The position numbers were made by a program, and so were the translations under genes. The notes beneath the pieces were generated by a model that saw only the letters and a list, made by a program, of their open reading frames with translations, was not told the DNA's origin and searched no databases. Shown here piece after piece: positions 27,330 to 44,299 of a stretch of 64,000 bases of DNA. Each line of letters begins with the position of its first letter. Within the stretch, counting starts at the first letter, position 1. The DNA is from Octopus vulgaris (taxonomy: Eukaryota). The DNA lies in assembly GCA_951406725.2 (NCBI GenBank), contig OX597827.1, positions 73,594,001 through 73,658,000 on the forward strand. Direction: 5' to 3'.

Positions 27330-27890
27330 GTAATCCGAGTGGGTTAGTTTTATCTTTTGACACGTACAAACTGTTAATCCGAAGTCATTCACCAAGTCGG
27401 TACATTAATCACAGTGAATAACAATTAACCAGGAAAGAATGAGGAATTATGATTTTATTTACTGACACACATTTCGCTAAAATTGATTAACCGAACGTTG
27501 AGAATACAATGATTTGTACAAGCAATCGATCAGTTAAGTAATCAATTAATCATTTGAAAACTGGAACTGTAGTCTCGCAAATTTTCTCTCATCGGAGCTT
27601 AAAAGCTGTTACATTTTCCACAGAAATGAACGTTTATATCGACAATATTTGCGGCCATGTAACACCAAAATTGTGGCCTTCAAACTCGGCTTCTACATAT
27701 GAAGCATCGTTGAAAGGGAGACTAATTGACAACCTCATGATACCAGAGCTTCATTAAAGGCCAGCATTGTCCAAGCTTTATCCGAAATGAATAAGGACGA
27801 TTTGGTGGTGACACGTCCACTATTCCGGTCCCGCATCGAAGCAGTAATCCGTGCTGAGAGGTAGATTCAGTAAATAATTATATAAGAAAG
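27330..27890 (+). mobile_element. Highly decayed Tc1/mariner-superfamily transposase remnant
   Basis: Fragments LWPSNS and FRSRIEAVI resemble the C-terminal transposase region. Confidence 0.5.
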
Positions 27891-29594
27891 ATTTCGCGAA
27901 CATGCTATGTTTTATTTCGATCCCAGTTTGCATGTCGTAAAAGTGACAGAGAACCCATTTATTTATTTAAATCGCATCCATCCACCCATCCATCCACCCA
28001 TCCATCCATCCATCCATCCATCCATCCATCCATGTATACAAACATACAAACATATATACATATATTATAATTATCGAATGAGCGAGCAGCGCATGCCACG
28101 TAACATTTATTAATACTTGGATTATATTTGGATTATGCAAAGTATTCTTAAAGCATGAAATCCTGTTGGAAGACCGTTCATGTTGTTGGGAGGTAGACAT
28201 TGTCTGTGGCCGTAATTAATACAGTTATTCATTTTCCAGATTAATGAGGCAATAGGAGCTTATTCTTATTTAAGATATACACAAATTCGGAGAGAACTAG
28301 ATTAGTTTGTTCTAATTTATATAATGATGCATGTGCTTACAATGTTTGTTAATAAGCATTAACCAGGGTTATACAGTTATGTCAGGGAGAGCAAACCGAA
28401 AAGCTCATAAACACTGTCCTTCGCCATCTAAATTGGCGACTAAAAAATAGAGTTTCGGATATATTTAGGACAGCAAAAAAAAAGCTTTATTTTTTCTCGT
28501 AGGAATGTCACGGATACAAACTTTCTATCATTTAAAAATTACTAACTATAATATATGTGGATGTGAGGACGTGTGTGATGTGTGACGTGTGTGTGTGTGT
28601 GTATGACTACGTATTCTCCAGTGTAAATTCATCGTAACGATCGTTGTATAATTATTCAAATTAGTACAGTGAACTATAAGCATTCTGAGGATATTGTAAC
28701 GTAATAGCTTCACATTTATTTATTAATTTAACATTTTGTTTTTCTAGTAATTTGCAGGCCAGTCTAGATTTCATTGTATTTGTATAGAATTAGATATTTT
28801 ATTTAGGAAGGCAAATATATTGGTTTTGTTTATAAGACAAGAATTTGTTAGATACTTCAGTGATGTCACAAATAAATATCACAAATGGATTATACATATA
28901 TAAACATATCTAAAACATCAGAAAAACATTGAATAGTTTATGCACTTTTCCTTATGGCACTTCAAGTAAAAACAAACACAGGAAAAGCTTGTCATCTATT
29001 CCCCAGTGGCTTAATTAATGGCTTGTGGCATCATTACAATTTGTCTCCGTTTCATAATTAGTTGGGATCCAATGATATTTCTCACAAATTGTAAAGTAAC
29101 AATAGAAAATAGACAGCGTTCAGTTACCCCCAATTTAATTGATAGATCGGACACCCATAATATCTTTAATTTCAAAATATAACAACTTTTTAATATCGAG
29201 GTATTTTATCTCCTCAAACTAAAATAATTCCTACATTTTCTACTTACAGATCTCACCTTCAACTTTTATCATTTTGTTATATGAAGAGGATCAAATAAAT
29301 ATTTTCTACATTTCTGATTAGATAATATTTTATAATTGTGCATATTGAGTCTTACTTTCTAATAACTTCCTGGTAAACCCTAATATAGAGAGAATATACT
29401 TTATAACTGAGTAGAAGTTTAGCTGGTTAAACGGTCAGCATGCTTATCTCTGTTCAGTTTCAAACTGGTTCTTTTAACGTGTAATAACTCTAAAAGCGTA
29501 TTTTATGGAATTGATTAATTGAGATATTTATCATGCTCTGCGTTAATTTTCTAGAAAATAATTCTTTTTTTTTGTTGTTTTTCATAAATGGAAG

Positions 29595-29635
29595 GAGAGT
29601 ATGCGAATTTCAATATCAGTGGTGTCTTCATTGAT
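29595..29635 (+). CDS. RPTP exon: D2, degenerate YINAVFID motif
   Basis: First AG after a long polypyrimidine tract; GEYANFNISGVFID|gtgagt; phase 1-0. Confidence 0.65.
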
Positions 29636-31432
29636 GTGAGTAAATTACTTTCGCACTTTTTATTTTGCTTTAAAATCTTCTGGGTTTAGATCGGCATTTA
29701 CTTTTCTGATGTAGTCGCGAGCGGCTAATGATACCTTGACAGGCCTCACAGTCTGGAATGACACGGATATCACAGCTGGAGTGAGAGATCTGTGCATAAT
29801 ACTCATTTTCAACTGGAGTAAAATGGAGCAACGCATGCTTTTATGAAATCTACTTTCCATTGTTATAATCTGAGAAGGCAATTTCGAATGTAATGATTTA
29901 AAGAGAGACAAACTTTGGCTGTTCTCGATGGATTCTGATGACTTTAATTTGTAGCAACACCATTTGTGCAAAACTTTCTCATGCTACTCTCGCTTTACCT
30001 GTTGCACACGGTGTGATATGTATGTTTAATTAATCCATATATCCTTAGTAAAAACCTGGTTCCCGATTCCTGGGGGAAATGCTGGAAACTATTCGTCTGT
30101 TTTAATACAGTCTTGTTCTGACAAGTATTATTCGTAGACACTTTAACATGGCTGCCAGAGCAGACTCGACTGCAATTTTTTAACCCTCAGAGGACATTTC
30201 CACTAGTTGGTTAACGATGCACAACTGCATCCGATAAAATTGTTAAAGTGGCTATGAATATTGCATGTCAGTAGAACTACTGCTCGATTGAGCTTGGAAA
30301 GTAAGGAAACAATAGTAAGGAACAATGATTCTCCAAGGTGAAGAGAAAGGCATGCTGTATGGTTTAGAAACCAAAGCATACGGATAAGAAGCGAGACAGT
30401 TCAGAGATGAAAGCCTTGGCAGGAACATTTTGTATTCAGTAGGGTTGTCATTATTCCCGAGATTAGTGTATGTGCGTTCATTCCCAACTCATGTTAATGT
30501 GGTGGGTTAGAATAAAATCGCTACCATTGATATACGATATGGTCATCAATAGAACATATTCTAACTGCATGCAAATTATAACTTTTGGTGTAATTTTGAT
30601 AACACAACCGAATCTTGAACATCTTAAAATACAACTGCATCTAGTATGGTTAATATGAGAAGTATTAGAGTCCTGTTGCAGCTTGTGCTTTTTCTCAAGA
30701 TTTGCGAGAAGGGATAACGAGGCAAGAGCTCAGAAAAATCCAGGACATACACTTCTGCTGATGGCTAAAATATGCAGGCGACCTTGGAGAAATCTCTCGT
30801 ATTTCCAACTAACACTGGAATAACGAAGCAACATATTGACTTTAAATATAGTCCACATTGTTTAGTTTTGTGCGCAATTCTAAAGAAAAACAAGAGTGAG
30901 TACATTAATGTATTTAAAGTATGTTAATGTTAATGTGCAACAGATGCAGTAGAGGTTGGACGATCGTAAAGAGATCCGCAACGTCTTACTTTGGAAGGTT
31001 AATTGAGCAGTGATTAGCACACATGAGTCATCGTCTGGCAAACAAACGATAACAGATGGAAACAAATACGATCATCAGCCGATAATCAAGCGAAATATTC
31101 GTTGTTTGGTTTGCGTGTTTTAGTGTGTTGGTGGCATGTTTGAAAGGGAAAGAAAAGAGCCAAATTAAATGAATTTGGTTTGCATATGTGAGTATATATA
31201 TGTTTGTGTCTTTGTGTGTGATGTATGTGTGTGTGCAACTGTGTGTGTATGTGTGCGTATGTTAGTGTAAATGTCTCATCACTGCTCAGATATGAAGAAG
31301 ATATTTTACTCTTACAAAAAATACTTCGTTGTATTAAGACAAAACTTACGAATTAAGGCTATACCTGTATTTACTTTTCCTTGTCTGGTCTCCAGTTTTA
31401 TAATTTTCTTCCTGTTTTTCTTTTATGTAAAG

Positions 31433-31555
31433 GGTCCTTCTTGCGAAAGAGAATTTCTTGTTACAAAATCTCCAAATGAAAACAGTGTTCTGGAGTTTTT
31501 GATGTGTATGCGCAAAAGAGGTTACCTGAATATCGTAGCATTTGATTCAAGCGAG
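31433..31555 (+). CDS. RPTP exon: D2
   Basis: tgtaaag|...|gtaaaa; GPSCEREFLVTKSPNENSVLEFLMCMRKRGYLNIVAFDSSE (degenerate FIVTQxP and DFW motifs). Confidence 0.8.
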
Positions 31556-32571
31556 GTAAAACTGCAAATATTTTGTTTTCATACTAAAGTTTTCACTATG
31601 TCATGTGTATCTTATTCATTGCTATCCAAATTGTAATAATTCCAGTAATTTCTTTCAAGAGACACTGTACATTTTCAATGCTGAGAGATATATTGTTAAT
31701 GCTAACTTAATATATAATATTAGGCGGAGATTTTCAGGATGTTAGTCATCAGATTTTGTTGGCACAGTTGTATGTGTTCCCACATTAATCTTAAATGTTA
31801 TAAAAAAAACTACATAAAACTTCCGTATAAATAAGACCAGTATTACGAGGGGTGCTGGGAAGTTCCTGGCGTTGGTTTAAAAAATATACATGAGGATCAG
31901 TTAATTATGATTTTCTTCAACGTAGTCCCCTCTTAGATTCTCTTGCCTGTTGTAAAGCTCTTTCGGTTGTTTAAACCTTGTAAAATAGCTCGGAACTTTG
32001 GGCTACGAAGCAGGCCTTTCGAGATACATTTAAAGGCGGGAACTGTTTCAGCATACTTTGTGTATCGAAATGACAATAAAATTGGAGATTATGAATACAA
32101 AGTAGGTCACATGATGTGTAATGAAAGATTTCCAGACAAAGGACATATAATAAGAACAATAAGAAATCTGAGGTGAAGAACTTGTATACAGTGCGTGTGT
32201 TTATTTGGCAAGAAAAACACTCACCATCCCAAAATATAACAATATTTTACAAATGTTTTTAGGGAGTATTTATACGCATTTTCTGGTGTATCGTTTACCT
32301 AAAAAGATTATAAACTTCTCTCTAAATAATACATAATTTCTTATGATTTTCTGCTTGGTTTGTGGAGAGTTACACCATACCAAAAGAACTTCGATAACAA
32401 AAACCATAGTACCAACTTTTTAATGAGCTGCCCCATCATTTATATGATATAGGCCTTTGTCGGAGTGATAATTTCTCAATCCTGATGCTTCTAACTATAC
32501 ATACTATCATATAATATTTTAACTCATATCACTATTAATATTTCTATCCTTTTTTTCGTTTTTCTACATAG

Positions 32572-32703
32572 GCAGCACCTATGTACTTGCCCAGGACATT
32601 AAATGAAACTGTTAAAATTGGGCCATATCTCCTGGAACTAATAAATGTTGAAGGCAAAGACGTTTGCATACACAGTGTTTTGAAGGTTGAATGTGATAAC
32701 AAT
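32572..32703 (+). CDS. RPTP exon: D2
   Basis: ctacatag|...|gtaagc; AAPMYLPRTLNETVKIGPYLLELINVEGKDVCIHSVLKVECDNN. Confidence 0.82.
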
Positions 32704-32849
32704 GTAAGCTAATTTCATGTTTAAAATTATTCCACTTTTGAAAATGATATTATAGCTTAATGAAAGCTATACCTTATATTCCTGCATCGTAATATATTTT
32801 TATATTTTGTTGGTTCATAATAACAACGTAATTAAGGATACTTGTTTTA

Positions 32850-33480
32850 GTAATATGACAAAATCTCCCGGTAAGTGACCGTTAACTCTGACTTGTGAAT
32901 GCAGCTATCCAGCCCCTGAGAAAGGATACGAACCCGGATGTTTTGAGAATAGACAGATGCCAAGTACGGATGGTCAACACTATCGAAAACTTTCAATTGA
33001 TCTATGCTGATTAGGGACCCATTAGTGCCATGCTCATTGACAACTCTCTCTCTCTCTCTCCATGATTTATCAGATGAGGTGGAAGTTGTCGTGGATTGCT
33101 CTGCTTGGGGTGGCACATGTCTGCATCTCTTACCAGTCCCTTCATCAACGACAACCCCCCACTTCTTTGCCAAAATCCTCAGTTTTTAGCAGAGGCATGG
33201 TCCCCTTGTTTGGAATTATTTGGGCAGTGCTACCACTCTTTGACTTCGAGGATTGTAGTTTCTGCCCTACAGACCCCTAAAACAGTTTTTGCTCGTTCGT
33301 GTCTTACAGCACTTACCTTGGCTCTGATGATGCAACCTTCGTGATTCGCGTTTAGGAGTTGGTCTAAGACCAATCTCGTCGCAAGCACTTCAGTCGCAAA
33401 GCCATTCCAATATTTCTCTTGTAGATTTTTAATTGTCCTTCTAATCTAATTTTATCTATCACCACATCCATACTACACCT
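32850..33480 (-). mobile_element. Decayed L1/Tx1-like LINE reverse transcriptase fragment
   Basis: GSLISIDQLKVFDSVDHPYL resembles the RT motif LxSLDxxKAFDxVxH. Confidence 0.6.
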
Positions 33481-34294
33481 TATCAATTCTATTCTAGCCA
33501 CATTGTTCAAGGTTTGAAAAAAATCATTCATTTTTTTATTTGTTGAAATGTCCATATGTAGGTGAAAACATATTTATGTTCAAGTAACGTTTTGCTTATT
33601 TGGCAATTGCCGAATCATTTCGGGGGTTGTTTTGAGGAGATGAGTCTTCCCCGTTTCTTTTGTTGTTGTTATTTTGTCACCCTGTTAACAGATCGACGCA
33701 AAGCATTCTAAACAGTTGTCTATTTACGCCAAAGAGCAAAGACAAGCAACAAATGCCTTTGTTTAGAAATCCTACTCACATAACCGAAGGCACGTTCCCA
33801 CACTGAAAACATTTAGTAATCTAGCAACTGAGGAGTCGAAATAAATATAGTACAAGACAATAGAAATACTGATCCTTTCTAACCTAGAAACAAAATATGA
33901 AGTTCCAGGGGATAGGGCTAGTCGATCGCATAAACCCCCGTCGCTCAACAAACACTTAATCCAGAAAAGATGAATGGGAAATTCGAATACGACAGATTTT
34001 GAACGCAGAACGTGAAAACGGACGAAATTCCGCAAGGCATTGTGTCCAGCGCCCTGACAAGTCTGACGGATCGCCGCCTTAGTAAGGATTTCAGAGTTTT
34101 GACACAAGGCCAGCAATTTCTAGGGATGGGATAAGTCGATTACATCTATCCCAGTGTCTAACTGACACTTATTTTATCTAGCCCAAAAGGATGGGAGGAA
34201 ACGTCGATCTCGACGGAATTTGAATCAGAACGTCCAGACGGACGAAACACTGCTAATTTTCCAGGCGCGGTAACAATTCTACCAGTTCGCCGCC

Positions 34295-34370
<76 letters not shown>

Positions 34371-34371
<1 letters not shown>

Positions 34372-34815
34372 GGTCAGTTCCTCCATGAAACCAACAAATT
34401 TAAAGACCAGGAAGCAGCATGGAGGTGGCTCAAAATGTGTGACCTAAAAAAGAATATTAAAAGCCTAATCGTCGCTGCTCAGGACCAGGCATTGAATACC
34501 AATTCAGTGAAAAAGAATATATACCACAAAAGTCCATCGACCCTCAGTAGAATGTGTGGGAAGAGGGTCGAAAGCGTGATTCAAATTTTTTGTGCTTGTG
34601 AAAGTCTTGCGCAGAAAGAATACAAGCGTAGGCACGATAAAGTAGCCCAAATTCACCCTTGGCTACTATGCCGTAAGTATGGGTGCTTGGTATCACCATA
34701 CACCGGAAAATATAATGGACGAAAAGGGAAAGGCAAAAATCCTCTGAGACTTGGATTTCCAGACAAGATGTTAGAGCACCGAAGGGAGAGACAAACACTG
34801 TTTACCTGGAAATAA
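34371..34815 (+). mobile_element. R4/Dong-like (RLE) non-LTR fragment
   Basis: IVAAQDQAL...RMCG..VES..QI..AC..LAQKEYKRRHD; directly after (TAA)n. Confidence 0.8.
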
Positions 34816-34850
34816 AAATCCCAAAGGTCTTTTCCCTTCCCCTTATCGCC

Positions 34851-34908
<58 letters not shown>

Positions 34909-34911
<3 letters not shown>

Positions 34912-35900
34912 TAGTTTTATTTTTATAGCGTGATTTCACTTCACTACCGAGCGCAGCTCTGTGTGCCTTGGGTATGTGCTGTGATTTGTTGTGATGCTCT
35001 GATGGTTATTGTATGGAAAGTGTTCTGCGTAGGATGTGTGCAGTGCCTAGTAGTGCAATTTTCTGTATGTTATATGTGTTTGTAAGTCCTGGTGTTTTTG
35101 TTATGTATTTGTCTGAATATTTTTTTATCATGCCTAATGCACCTACTATGATAGGAATTGTTTCTGTTTTCAGGTTCCACATTCTAGTTATCTCTATTTC
35201 CAGGTCTTTGTATTTTGAGAGTTTCTCCATTTCTTTTAGAGACACGTTGTCATCTGCCGGTATTGATACATCAATTAGAAAGCATTTTTTTCTTCATGAT
35301 CTCTGACAACTATATCTGGTCTGTTGGCCTTAATTTCTCTATTTGTGTGTATCGGCATATCCCAGAGTATGGTTGCTTTCTCGTTTTCTGTGACCTTTTC
35401 TGGTGTGTGCCTATACCATCTTTTTTCTGTTGTTATTCCATAATGTTGGCATAGCTTCCAATGTATGTAGGTTCCAACTCTGTCATGTCTGTGAATATAT
35501 TCCTTCTTAGCCAGGACAGGGCAGCTAGAGATAATATGATTTATTGTTTCTTGTCCATCTCCACATATTCTGCAGTTACTTGTAATATTTCTTTTCATTA
35601 CATGTTTTTGGTAATTTCTGGTGGGGAGGCTTTGGTCTTGTGCTGCAATTAAAAATCCCTCTGTTTCTGCTTTGAGTCCTGAGCTTCTCAACCATTGCTG
35701 GGATTTTTCTTTGTCTATTTCTTTTGCGTTTAGTTTAGTGCAGTATTTACCATCAAGGGGCTTTTCTTGCCATCGTTTTATCATGGCTCGTTGCTGTTCT
35801 ATTTTTAGTTTGGATTTCATTTGTTTTATAGCTTTTGTTGTTTCTTCATCATCTTCTTCTTCTTCTTTGTGTTTATTAGGTGGTATGATTTCTTGTTTGT
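34909..35900 (-). mobile_element. R4/Dong-like (RLE) non-LTR retrotransposon, 5'-truncated, frameshifted
   Basis: CRICGDGQETINHIISSC knuckle, RHD, NRPDIVV, KYKDL; flanked by (TTA)n. Confidence 0.9.
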
Positions 35901-35918
35901 ATTATTATTATTATTATT

Positions 35919-36047
35919 CAGTAGTTTTATTTTTATAGCGTGATTTCACTTCACTACCGAGTGCAGCTCTGTGTGCCTTGGGTATGTGCTGTGATTTATT
36001 GTGATGCTCTGATGGTTATTGTATGGAAAGTGTTCTGCGTAGGATGT
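35919..36047 (-). mobile_element. Short 3'-end copy of the adjacent R4/Dong-like element
   Basis: Nearly identical to 34909-35037; lies between (TTA)n tracts. Confidence 0.85.
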
Positions 36048-36049
36048 AA

Positions 36050-36158
<109 letters not shown>

Positions 36159-36491
36159 ATTAAAAATAATAATAATAATATATACAATAATTTTACAGTT
36201 AAATGTATGCTATGTTACAGAATTTTCGCATTCATTAAACTCTTAGGTAATCATAACATACTGTATGCTATGATTACAGGTACCTATAAATGCATTGTCA
36301 CTTGTCTTTTACTGCCCAACTTTGGCATGTAACTTACTGCGATCAAATCCATCCCATCTAGTACCTTTCAGTCACCCGCTAGTACTCGCTCGTGTCTGTG
36401 ACTAGAATTTTATGAGAAAATCCTTAAAAGCCAAATAATTTCTTTCAATTTTTATTCATATTTTATTCACAATATTTTTTTGATATTGCAG

Positions 36492-36643
36492 TCGAGGATC
36501 GAAGAATTTGAGATCAATCATTTCCAAGTCACCATATGGGCGGACGGAAATTATCCATCATCTGCAGAGATTTTAAAACTAAGTGATATTCTCAGCGCTC
36601 ATCAAAATGAGCAGTTCAATAAAAAAATTGCTGTGCATTGTCG
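36492..36643 (+). CDS. RPTP exon: D2, WAD loop to VHC
   Basis: ttgcag|...|gtaagt; SRIEEFEINHFQVTIWADGNYPSSAEILKLSDILSAHQNEQFNKKIAVHC. Confidence 0.88.
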
Positions 36644-38072
36644 GTAAGTGAAAATATTGATAAATTCACAAATTCCCGCTACATCCGTTGTGATCCCATT
36701 CGAAAACAATTTCTCTTTTTAACTAAGTCTTCTATGTTTTTAAATAAGTTTCCCTCTGACCCCGTTTTCTTTATTGCTATCACTTTACTAAACCTTATCG
36801 ATCGTTATTTAATCACTTTTTGGGATGGCGAATCCCCACCTGTTATTGACGATTGCCCTAGCGAAAATCTGCGTAACTAATAAACTAATGCAGTTTGTGT
36901 GAAATCGAGTGTCGGAAAGAAACGTCCAGCTTCCAGTAACCGCATCCCTGCCTCCAAAGCCTATCTTTGTCGACCGTACAGATTACAGAGTTGTGGATTT
37001 CGCAGCCAACAATTTTAAATTGAAGATAAATTATGCTTTATCTGCTGGCCTAGAGAACGCTCTATCTAAATACGATCTGAATGATCCAACGCTGTTTGTC
37101 CATGTCTACAATGGTGGATCCAGAAAATCCATGAAGTATTTTTCAGACCGTTGGAAATATCGAGCAGATTGTGAAGCTTTTTCACCCTGCCCATATCAGC
37201 TTGTCTCACAAATCAAAACGTACATTCAAGATGATGATACAGTAGCTTTCTAATACTAAAGAATGCTACGGTTCCAAGGAAACCTCCTGACACTTGAAGA
37301 ATTCTGGTTATCCATCACTGCAGGAGCATAAACAACTACTTGTCTGAAGACCCCTCCCCCAGAATCACCAACGTACTTTCTAGGTCAATTAAAAGGGTAG
37401 TTATAGTGAGATCTAGACACTTCCGAAACTCCAAAACACTACGCCTCCCAATCACGTTAGACTTTGGGATTTGCACACCTTATATGAATTGAAAATATGC
37501 ATAAAATCTTAAGGCTTGAAAATTCTGGTTTCGCTGATGGATTTTGCATCTATTTCTAGTGACCTTAAGTCATGTATATTTTTACTGCCTAATCTGGATG
37601 GCTGCATGGGTTCCACGAGAATTTCTCTCCCTGATGTCCATTACTTCTTTGCGGTATGTGCTTTTAAAGATATCGTGTGTATTTTGTGATATTTGAGTAA
37701 TATTTTGTGTAATAGCTTTTATGTATAAATGTAATGTAGTTATTGTGTGTGATACTTCTATGATGACATATGTTTCCTTCTAGTTGAGTGCCAGAGTCTT
37801 TCAAAACCACACACTTCACTGCCCACCAGAATTTTAGCTTTTGTAGCATGTTCCAGGCTAACACTTGAGTCCCTCTTCATCCCACGCAAATCAGTATCAA
37901 TGCAAAATCATGTAGATTACACGGCGAGTCAGTAAGTACAGAGAGGCGAGACTGGGAGTCATTGATGGGCCGAACGAGCGAAGTTAAACTATTTTGATAG
38001 GTTGTCATTTACTTTAGCCACCGAACAGATGTCGTTGTACATAGCAGATATTCAGCCTCTGAAAACAGGACT

Positions 38073-38227
<155 letters not shown>

Positions 38228-38247
38228 AATAATAATAATAATAATAA

Positions 38248-40785
<2,538 letters not shown>

Positions 40786-40850
40786 ATGTTAGAATGTATT
40801 ATTAACATGTTTTAAACCTAAAACAATTCTCATCCTTCTTTCATGTAAAG

Positions 40851-40986
40851 TAAAAATTTCCATAAAAGTGGTATGCTGTGCGTCATTCACATTTTAAAAG
40901 ATGCAATAACCAGTCAGTCAGTAGTCAACATAGTACGGCTGGTTCGACTGGTCAAGAAAATAGAACCAAATATTATACCTGACTGT
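40851..40986 (+). CDS. RPTP exon: D2, degenerate P-loop
   Basis: tgtaaag|...|gtgagt; 136 nt, same length and phase as the D1 counterpart; RKNFHKSGMLCVIHILKDAITSQSVVNIVRLVRLVKKIEPNIIPDC. Confidence 0.85.
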
Positions 40987-41669
40987 GTGAGTATAACAAC
41001 ATCTTTCTCTCGCTTTCGTTTATGTGCTTCAACCAGGTTTTTGCTAAATATCAGAAAGAGAAAAATCTGTCGTTAAAATTTTTACTGTTATTTGAACACT
41101 TTTCTGAAAATAAGTTTCAAGTTTGGTGATCATTGATACACTAATGACTATTTGGATTAGTTATCTTACACCGGAAATGTACGAACAGTAGGTCGTATAT
41201 ATGCGGGTAAATTTGATTAGCAAACTCCAGAATCGAAAGAACTGAAACATTTCCCTTGCTACCCTAGAAATTTTTAAACGTGTTATTTTGGACATGTTGC
41301 GAGTTTGAATTTCATTGTTAGTGATAGGTAAATATTTCTCTCAATTTAGATAAACAAATTCAAAAGTACAGCAGGAGGCCACATCAATAAACTTTACATC
41401 TATTTATTTATATATCTTATAGGGAACACTCAGTAACCAGTGGCTGGCCATTGAGTTAAGGAATGTTATATGTTACTGTACAAAATCAGCAAATCACCAT
41501 TATTTTAATCTCGATATTATGAGAGGAAATTAATAGGACTTTGTAATGATTCATGTCCGGGATCACCAAAATTATAGTTCACAATTACTTTATTTAGAAC
41601 AATGTTATCTATTTAGACATACACCTCTGATATGTTCCATATTTAAGAAGTTAGTATATCTTCATGTAA

Positions 41670-42093
41670 TCATTTCTACTAAAGGTACAAGGGCTGAAAG
41701 TTTGGGGGAAGGTACTAGTCGATTACATCTACTAGTGTGTTTCACTGGTACCTATTTTTATCGACGAAAGATGAAAGATGCCTTGGCAGAATTTGAATTC
41801 AGAATGTTCACACGGACGAAATACCGCTAAGCGTTTCGCCCGATTTTGACAGCTTGCCGCCTTAGCACATCTTCATATAATACTTTCTACTTAAGACACA
41901 AGGCCTGGAATTTGGGGAGGAAGTTAATAGATTACATTGACCCCAGTGCGTAACTGGTACTTAATTTATAGACCCCGAAAGGATGAAAGGCAAAGTCGAC
42001 CTCGGCGGAATTTGAGCTAATAATGTTCACAGGGATGAAATAACGCTAAGCATTTCGCCCGGCGCGCTAACGATTCTGCCAGCTCGCCGCCTT
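41670..42093 (-). mobile_element. Two tandem copies of an abundant SINE-like repeat in the last RPTP intron
   Basis: gaccccgaaaggatgaaaggcaaagtcgacctcggcggaatttga...ctgccagctcgccgcctta; further copies at ~8420, 19570, 22853 and 34100. Confidence 0.8.
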
Positions 42094-42278
42094 AGTATAT
42101 CTTCATATAATGAATACATCTGCGTAAATTAGTACCAAGAGCTTATTTCGAAAGTTATTTTTATTAGATATGGACGGAATTTATAATGCTAAGTAAAGGA
42201 TACAGTAAAATAAAATAATTGTGTATTAAGTCATTTTAAATGATTTGACTGAATAACTCATATTTATTTCTTTGACAG

Positions 42279-42356
42279 GAATCCTACGCCTTCGTTTGGA
42301 AAGTTGCAGAATATTTACAGAACGAATCGTCTCTATACTCCAATTTTGTACAGTGA
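42279..42356 (+). CDS. RPTP terminal coding exon
   Basis: tttgacag|ESYAFVWKVAEYLQNESSLYSNFVQ*; YxNF tail as in PTP-alpha/epsilon. Confidence 0.88.
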   Translation, partial: ESYAFVWKVAEYLQNESSLYSNFVQ

Positions 42357-44299
42357 TGTGTAGGAGTGAATCATTTTAGAGATCTCTCATAATAAGTTTT
42401 ACATCTTATGAAATAAGAAATGATGTATGTAAAACAATTACTTGTTTGTTGGATAACGAAAACAAGAACCTCGCGGGAATTCTTTGTTTCTCTCAAAGGA
42501 AAAGGAAAACCATTTCAAGAAGATAAGAATTCGTCTCTCAAAATTAAATTACATGCTACGGAGCGGGCTTCATCTTTGTTTACACATATAGGCCAACTAT
42601 GAGCATAATTTGGTAATAATACCTTATGCTGATTACAGCGGCCAAAATTAATTTGGAACACTTTTCCTTCCCGAAATGTCAATGTTAATTCGTCAGGAAG
42701 CCTTAGAAAGGATGCGCCAAATTTATGGTTTTCAACAAACGAAAATATGGCTCTCCTTGCCTATAAATAAATGGTTGAGGTTTTTCTTTCCTACACAAGT
42801 CAATTAACTATGAAATGTTAATATTGATATCTTGGAATTATTACATCTTTTTTTTTTGAGACTATGCCACAATTAGCGATAAATTAATTTTTATTGTCCC
42901 CAACTAAGATTAATCACTATTTTTTTTCTATTGTGTGTATACAGCATTAAGTATATCGCCGGTTAACATAGTTATCTAAATTTATGCCATTTAATCTTTT
43001 GAGTCATTGCTCTTATTCACATTTTTCTTAATTATATATCTTACAGTATTTTACGTGCTGATTTATTACAATCAGTCTCCTTTGCCCCTCTCTCCATTTT
43101 CAATATTTTGTCTATATATTTCTCACTTTTTTATCGTTTCTTATATTAAATCAACCCACTTGATATCCTACATTTTAATATTATATAACATTTGACATTC
43201 CTACAATTTCGAGAGGTAACGTTCAGCTACTTCGAAACAGCGACAATGTTTTAATACAAACCAATTCACGTAGCACAGTTATCCTCTCAATTGATACACC
43301 ACCGCTTCATTTACCATTTCTCCTGTCTCTATACATACAAGGTTGGTAGCTTCTTTCATATAATGTTGCTGTCATTTCAGTTAATAGTATTCTTCAGTTC
43401 AAAGATAACTGGAGTCTTCCTAATTCACATACTATGGTGCCATGATTACTGAAATATCTCGTCTCTCATCTCAATAAGTATACAATTGTTGCCCTTTCTA
43501 TCCATATACCCTCGATATCCATCGCATTTATACACAGTGTGTATCCTCGCCGATCAGAATCATATCCCATGCGTTCTTCACAAGTCATATACTGACGCTT
43601 TCCTCTCAGATCATACACTTCAAATGTTTCTGTCTTTAGTGTTAATGATCTCTCCATTCATCCATAACTCTTGCTTTCTCGATTCGTGGACATGCAGTTG
43701 GTGTCAATATCGTTGCTTAGATCAAGAAAATATTGATCAGTAATATTTTAATTTAGTCAACCACATTTTGCCTGGGGCTCAGCAAAAAAAAAACCTCCTG
43801 TAATATAAGTATAAATAATCTAGTCTGAGATCAACAGCAGATGCTTATATATAAATATATATATATATGTATAAATCAATATAATCTTGTAATTTTTTGT
43901 GTAATCTGTATAAATGAAGTTATGATTATAAACTCTGGTCAGTCATGCGAATTAATAAATTTATCTATATCTATAAACGTTGATGTTTGTCATTTTATCC
44001 TAAACACGTCACTAAACACCAAAATTATCTCGAAATAATACATGGGCTAAAACAGGGATTACTCGAGAAAACAGATGGCGAAAAACTGATAATTTTAATG
44101 AAATGGTAAGCTCTACACTTCTCTCTTTTTCACTCTATATTTTTCTCTCTTTCGCATACAAACAACCCCATACCGCCCCTATAAACGCGAACGCACATTT
44201 TACCATTCCTCTCTCTCACGCAACATTGTACAGTCTGAATATCTTATTTTCAATTTCTCTTTTTGTACAAGGCTAACAATTTAGGTGGGTGGGGTGATC

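Noticed and set aside
36909-37253. 114-aa non-repetitive intronic ORF
   Set aside because: No recognisable motif or fitting splice phase; probably a decayed mobile-element fragment that I cannot classify.
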